A program made the position numbers and the translations under genes. 39,339 nucleotides of DNA, from contig CAZXTN010000001.1 in NCBI GenBank assembly GCA_964643685.1, positions 200,036 through 239,374 on the forward strand, given 5' to 3'. Position 1 is the first letter of the stretch; every line of letters starts with the position of its first letter. Below are positions 35,322-39,339 of this stretch, in pieces. The DNA comes from Candidatus Micrarchaeota archaeon. Lineage in GTDB: Archaea > B1Sed10-29 > JAJRYS01. The notes beneath the pieces are model-generated. The model was not told where the DNA came from. It saw only the letters and a list, made by a program, of their open reading frames with translations, and did not search any database.

Positions 35322-36344
35322 TTGAAACTTAACGAACGTTTTTACATAACTTTTTCAAAAGCGCTTCCAAAATCATTTATTGAAAAAATAGCAAAATACG
35401 AGCAATACTCAAACATTAAAATAAACCCAGAAGTATGGGCAGGATTCTCACTGTTCTTCAGCTTGCTCCTAGCAACTTTAACACTCCTAGTAATAGAAAC
35501 AATGATGCCTTCTCTCCTGTTAATTTTCTACCCTTCAATTTTCATAGCTTCAGCAGGGTTGTTTTTCCTAGGATTCTACTTCTTCTTAATTTACTCAAGC
35601 AAACAAAGAACAAAAGAAATTGAAAAAAACCTGCCTGACGCTCTTCAATTAATTTCAGCTAACATAAAAGCAGGACTAACACCTGACAAAGCACTTTTCC
35701 TCTCAGCTCGCCCTGAATTCGGAGTGCTAAGCGAAGAAATAATGTTCATAGGAGAAGAAACAATAGCAGGAAAACCAGTTGACGAAGCACTCATTGATTT
35801 TTCAAAAAGAGTTGACTCAGAAGTCCTGAAAAGAACAGTGGATTTAATTGTGGAGGGAATGAATGCAGGTGGAGAATTAGCCAGCTTGCTTGAAAAAACA
35901 GCTGACGACATTAAAATGAGCGAAATAATGCAGGAAGAAATCCAAGCAAACATAGGCGCTTACGTAGTCTTTTTAATGATGGCAATTTTACTAGCTTCCC
36001 CCTTGCTTTACGCAGTTTCAATAAACTTCGTTGGCTTCAGCGTAAGCATAAAACAAAACATTAACGTAGGACAATTCACTTCAGAAGCACCTATAGGATC
36101 AATGAGTGGTTTTCCAACTCTTTCAACAGGAAACTCAGTTGACTTAAACGTGCTTAAATGGTTCTCTTTAATAAACCTGACAATATCAGCTATATTCGGA
36201 GCAATAGTCGTAGGAGTCCTAAGATATGGTGAAGAAACAGAAGGAGTCAGAAGCATTCCATTCTTCTTACTAATATCACTTGCTTTCTTTTTCCTTTCAA
36301 TGCACTTCTTATCAAGCTTCTTATCTAACATAATTACCTTTTAG
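35322..36344 (+). CDS. Type II secretion F-domain (TadC-like) membrane platform protein
   Basis: IEKNLPDALQLISANIKAGLTP, RPEFGVL and GGELASLL. AAGGTGA precedes the TTG. Confidence 0.92.
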   Translation: MKLNERFYITFSKALPKSFIEKIAKYEQYSNIKINPEVWAGFSLFFSLLLATLTLLVIETMMPSLLLIFYPSIFIASAGLFFLGFYFFLIYSSKQRTKEIEKNLPDALQLISANIKAGLTPDKALFLSARPEFGVLSEEIMFIGEETIAGKPVDEALIDFSKRVDSEVLKRTVDLIVEGMNAGGELASLLEKTADDIKMSEIMQEEIQANIGAYVVFLMMAILLASPLLYAVSINFVGFSVSIKQNINVGQFTSEAPIGSMSGFPTLSTGNSVDLNVLKWFSLINLTISAIFGAIVVGVLRYGEETEGVRSIPFFLLISLAFFFLSMHFLSSFLSNIITF

Positions 36345-36477
36345 TAAAATTTATAAAGGGTTTGCTCGTTTATTAAAAATTAAGCAAAAACACTTTTTTA
36401 CCGTGTTTTTGATTTCAAACAAAACAACATAAAAAAATTATTCTAAAAAAAATTAAAAAAAAGAGGTGACAAATTAA

Positions 36478-36915
36478 ATGAAAAAAGGACAAGGAGCAAT
36501 GGAGTACTTGATGACTTACGGCTGGGCAATCCTCGTCGTGCTAATAGTAGGAATAGTACTATGGAAAACCGGTTTGTTTGGAACAAGCGCAACAGGACAA
36601 TCAGGATTTGACGTGCTAGTACCAGACCAATGGAAGATAAATGGAACAAATTCAGTAATAAAATTCCACAACGTAGCAGGAAGAACATTATATGTTAGTT
36701 CAATAACAGTCAATGAAGAAGGAAATACATCTGCTACTCCTTCAGAAACACCATCACCACAAAGAGTAGGCCCAGGAGGAGTTGTTACTTTAGTATATAA
36801 TTCTTCAGTATGTTCTGGTGGAACAGGTTCAGCAAAACTTAGTGTAAATGTAAACTATCAAGCAAATGGACTAAGCCACACAGACACAGGAACAATCTAT
36901 GCAGACTGTGAATAA
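36478..36915 (+). CDS. Probable major pilin (class III signal peptide)
   Basis: MKKG|QGAMEYLMTYGWAILVVLIVGIVL; strong SD GAGGTGA; has its own upstream intergenic region. Confidence 0.9.
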   Translation: MKKGQGAMEYLMTYGWAILVVLIVGIVLWKTGLFGTSATGQSGFDVLVPDQWKINGTNSVIKFHNVAGRTLYVSSITVNEEGNTSATPSETPSPQRVGPGGVVTLVYNSSVCSGGTGSAKLSVNVNYQANGLSHTDTGTIYADCE

Positions 36916-36996
36916 CAGCCCTAACGAGCTTCGTTTCGCTCTTGCTTTACAAGATGCGAAACTGGCAGGTTAGACAATAAAAACAAAAAACCCCTT

Positions 36997-37036
36997 TAAG
37001 AAGCCCTTCACAGGGTTTCTTACAAACTCTTTTTTT
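36997..37036 (+). terminator. Hairpin plus T-tract after the pilin gene
   Basis: TAAGAAGCCCT-TCAC-AGGGTTTCTTA (11-bp stem, one G-T pair), followed by T7 at 37030-37036. Confidence 0.55.
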
Positions 37037-37140
37037 ACCACTTCAAACAAGCTTTAAACTAAAACATACTCTTTTTTAACCCTGTTCCTACTTAAACAAA
37101 AAACAGACACAAAAAACTAAAAGAGGTGTTAAATTAAACA

Positions 37141-37809
37141 ATGGAACGCGTACCAACCCACATCAAAGGATTCGATGACTTGATACAAGGAGGACTGCCT
37201 AAAGGAAGCTCAATACTACTAACAGGACAAGCAGGAGCAGGAACAACAATTTTTGCAGGAGAATACCTTTACAGAAACGAAGCAACTTCCCTTTACTACA
37301 GTTTTGAAAGAGACAAAAACGAAATACTTGAAGAATTCTCATCATTCAACTGGGACCTTGAAGAAAAAATCAAGCAAAAGCAATTCAACATAGTTAAAAA
37401 TGAATTGTACCAATTTGAAACATTTGTCTCTGACTTAGAAGACACAATTGATAAAACAAACTCTACAAAAGTAGTGATTGACTCACTTACAATAATAGGG
37501 CAGTTTTTTGAAGATGAATACAAGCTAAGAAAAGGAATAATCGAACTTAAAAACATGATTAAAAACACAGGAGCAACTGCTCTTTTCTTATCTGAAATTT
37601 CATCAGGTTCAAACAAGCTAAGCACTTACGGATTAGAAGAATTCGTGTTAGATGGAGTCATAAAACTTGACATCATTCAAAAAGGAAGCGAATTAATCAG
37701 AACAATAAGCGTCAGAAAATTAATAGGCACAGCTCAAGACACTTCAATACATCCTCTTGAAATAACACCACAGGGCATTAAAATACCTAAAATAAGAGAA
37801 ATAATCTAA
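37141..37809 (+). CDS. KaiC/RAD55-like ATPase with Walker A Lys replaced
   Basis: MERVPTHIKGFDDLIQGGLPKGS, GQAGAGTT, VVIDSL, LEEFVLDGVI and VRKL. Confidence 0.9.
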   Translation: MERVPTHIKGFDDLIQGGLPKGSSILLTGQAGAGTTIFAGEYLYRNEATSLYYSFERDKNEILEEFSSFNWDLEEKIKQKQFNIVKNELYQFETFVSDLEDTIDKTNSTKVVIDSLTIIGQFFEDEYKLRKGIIELKNMIKNTGATALFLSEISSGSNKLSTYGLEEFVLDGVIKLDIIQKGSELIRTISVRKLIGTAQDTSIHPLEITPQGIKIPKIREII

Positions 37810-38585
37810 CCCTTCTTTGCAGTCTTCTTCTTTTTAACTGGCTTGCTTCTCGCCTTCTGCTTCTTTTTCCTGCTTTTTTGTTTCACTGCTACTGCTTTTT
37901 TTGACTTAACTCTCCCTGTCTTCTTTTTCTTTTCAACTGCTTTCTTCTTGGCTGTTTTCTTAACTTCTTTTTTCACAGTTTTTTTCTTTTCCTGTTTCAA
38001 ACTTTTCTGTTTCTTGCTTTTTTCAAAATTAACTTCATCTTCTTCCTGTTTTTTCAAAAATTCCTCTATCTGCTTTATCTCTTTTTCAAGTTTTTTCTTA
38101 TCCTTGCTGTTGTTATAACTTTTCATAACCCCTCCGCATTCAGGGCATTTGAAATCATATTCAAAAGCAAGTTCAAAAGGAAGCTTACTGCACCCTTTCT
38201 TGCATTTGAAAAAAGTATAAGTATTCTCATACTCAAGTTTTTTCTTCAACTCTTCAAGCAATTCAACATATCTTTCTTTCAACAACTCGCTTATCCTCTC
38301 TTTTTTCACAAACCAAGTGTAAGTATACCAATTGCTGTCTTTTGCTTTTTCTTTAGTGTAATAAATTATTCCATCATAATGCAATTGATTCAAATAAGCC
38401 CTTATTTCATTAACCTTAAGTTTAACTTTTTTTGCAATCATCTCATCTGTCTTCCCTTCTCTGTCCAAAGCAAGCAAAATAGAATAAGCCTCATTACTAT
38501 ACCTTGATACAATAAAATCCTTAACAAGCTCGTCCTTCAAATTCACAAAACCAGAAACCATCTTATTAACCTTTTGCTTTTTCAC
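37806..38585 (-). CDS. tfe: Transcription factor E (TFIIE-alpha) with Lys-rich C-terminal tail
   Basis: wHTH TDEMIA...NEIRAYLNQL...WYTYTW; Zn ribbon CKKGC...AFEYDFKCPECG. Confidence 0.92.
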   Translation of the reverse strand: MKKQKVNKMVSGFVNLKDELVKDFIVSRYSNEAYSILLALDREGKTDEMIAKKVKLKVNEIRAYLNQLHYDGIIYYTKEKAKDSNWYTYTWFVKKERISELLKERYVELLEELKKKLEYENTYTFFKCKKGCSKLPFELAFEYDFKCPECGGVMKSYNNSKDKKKLEKEIKQIEEFLKKQEEDEVNFEKSKKQKSLKQEKKKTVKKEVKKTAKKKAVEKKKKTGRVKSKKAVAVKQKSRKKKQKARSKPVKKKKTAKKG

Positions 38586-38607
38586 ATTTATATACCTTTA
38601 CTCCTCT

Positions 38608-39144
38608 TCATTCCCTCTCTTCTTTTCTAATAATCACCTTGCCTCTTGCACTTGGCTTAACCTTAATTCTCCCACCTTCAAATACTTTCTTAAACTCACG
38701 GCCTTCAAACAACCTATCCAAAAACAAAGCAAGAGCAGCAATTTCACTATGCGGCTGATTGCCAACACTTAAATTAAAATCAACCAAACCATACACTTCA
38801 CCAGGAACCTTTTCACCACCAATAACAACCAACACATCCTTACCCACAGCCTTTTCTCTAACTTCAGAAACCGCTTCATCCAACTCCAAACCATACATAG
38901 TCAAATGAACCCTCACACCCCTAAACTCCTTAATCAACTTCCTCCAATTCCTAACATACTCAACTTCAAAACCCCCACCCCACCTCATACTAACCTTCTT
39001 AATACTCTCAAGCAACTTATCATCCTTCTCACCTGAATAAAAAATCTTATCAGCACCAAAAGCACGAGCAACCAAACCACAATGAGTACTAACCCTCTTA
39101 TCACGAAACTTCCTATGCCCCAACCTCAACACAAAAACACTCAT
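38608..39144 (-). CDS. trm56: tRNA (cytidine(56)-2'-O)-methyltransferase (SPOUT)
   Basis: VLRLGHR..RDKRVSTH..LVARAFGA, VHLTMYG, GGEKVP and VGNQPHSEIAAL. Start placed at MSVFVLRL (39144). Confidence 0.96.
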   Translation of the reverse strand: MSVFVLRLGHRKFRDKRVSTHCGLVARAFGADKIFYSGEKDDKLLESIKKVSMRWGGGFEVEYVRNWRKLIKEFRGVRVHLTMYGLELDEAVSEVREKAVGKDVLVVIGGEKVPGEVYGLVDFNLSVGNQPHSEIAALALFLDRLFEGREFKKVFEGGRIKVKPSARGKVIIRKEERE

Positions 39145-39237
39145 ACAATAAGGTTTATAAATTAAAAGTTTAAAATAAATAATGCTCACAACAAAAACAC
39201 ACAAAAAACAAAAACAAAACAAAAAAAATAAAAAAAT

Positions 39238-39339
39238 GGGCCCGTAGCTCAGTCAGAGCTCCTTCTCAAATCAAGATGGGATGAGCTTCTGAAATGGCTA
39301 GAGCACTGGACTTTTAATCCAGGTGTCGTGGGTTCGAAA
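39238..39339 (+). tRNA. tRNA-Lys (TTT) with D-loop intron 39255-39294; 3' end truncated by the window edge
   Basis: GGGCCCGTAGCTCAGTC|TGGCTAGAGCA-CTGGA-CTTTTAA-TCCAG-GTGTC-GTGGGTTCGAAA. Confidence 0.9.

Noticed and set aside
26378-36915. Archaellum operon
   Set aside because: No archaellin-type N-terminus and no ArlF/G/J pattern. Two TadC-like genes and Q+1/E+5 pilins indicate a pilus.
36916-36980. Hammerhead, pistol or HDV-like ribozyme, or SECIS
   Set aside because: The minus strand has CTGCCA-stem-GAAG rather than CUGANGA-stem-GAAA and lacks stem III. The pseudoknots needed for the other ribozymes were not found, and there is no in-frame UGA gene nearby.
161-38118. Numerous antisense or alternate-frame ORFs in the track (e.g. 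161-589, 11197-11673, 15092-15559, 17560-18096)
   Set aside because: They are shadows of well-supported genes, with F/S/L-rich composition and no motifs.

Overview
AT-rich, gene-dense archaeal chromosome segment. The archaeal call rests on TFE, Trm56, Taw1, DtdA, NucS, GGR and tRNA introns with bulge-helix-bulge (BHB) motifs; a DPANN-type lineage is inferred, not proven. The left third holds housekeeping genes: GNAT, Taw1, PRC-barrel, short NFACT/RqcH, rhomboid, GGR plus ferredoxin, RecJ/Cdc45-like DHH protein, DtdA, NucS and translin. The centre (about 12.8-18.8 kb) is the most intriguing part. It contains two winged-helix proteins, a Zn-ribbon membrane protein and a 958-bp AT-rich intergenic region carrying partly helically phased GAGTAA repeats and nested inverted repeats. 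That region is followed directly by an AAA+ ATPase with a C-terminal winged helix, a 42-codon ORF and a second PRC-barrel gene, making it a candidate non-canonical origin/initiator or partition/cell-cycle locus. Next come an initiator tRNA-Met with two introns and a duplicated 3' end (att relic), a PadR/ABC (MacB-type) module, and a type IV pilus locus with a LamG adhesin bracketed by two KaiC-like proteins with degenerate Walker A motifs. The window ends with TFE, Trm56 and a truncated tRNA-Lys with a D-loop intron. No CRISPR array, transposase, integrase or rRNA was seen. All calls come from motif recognition by eye; no database searches were run.
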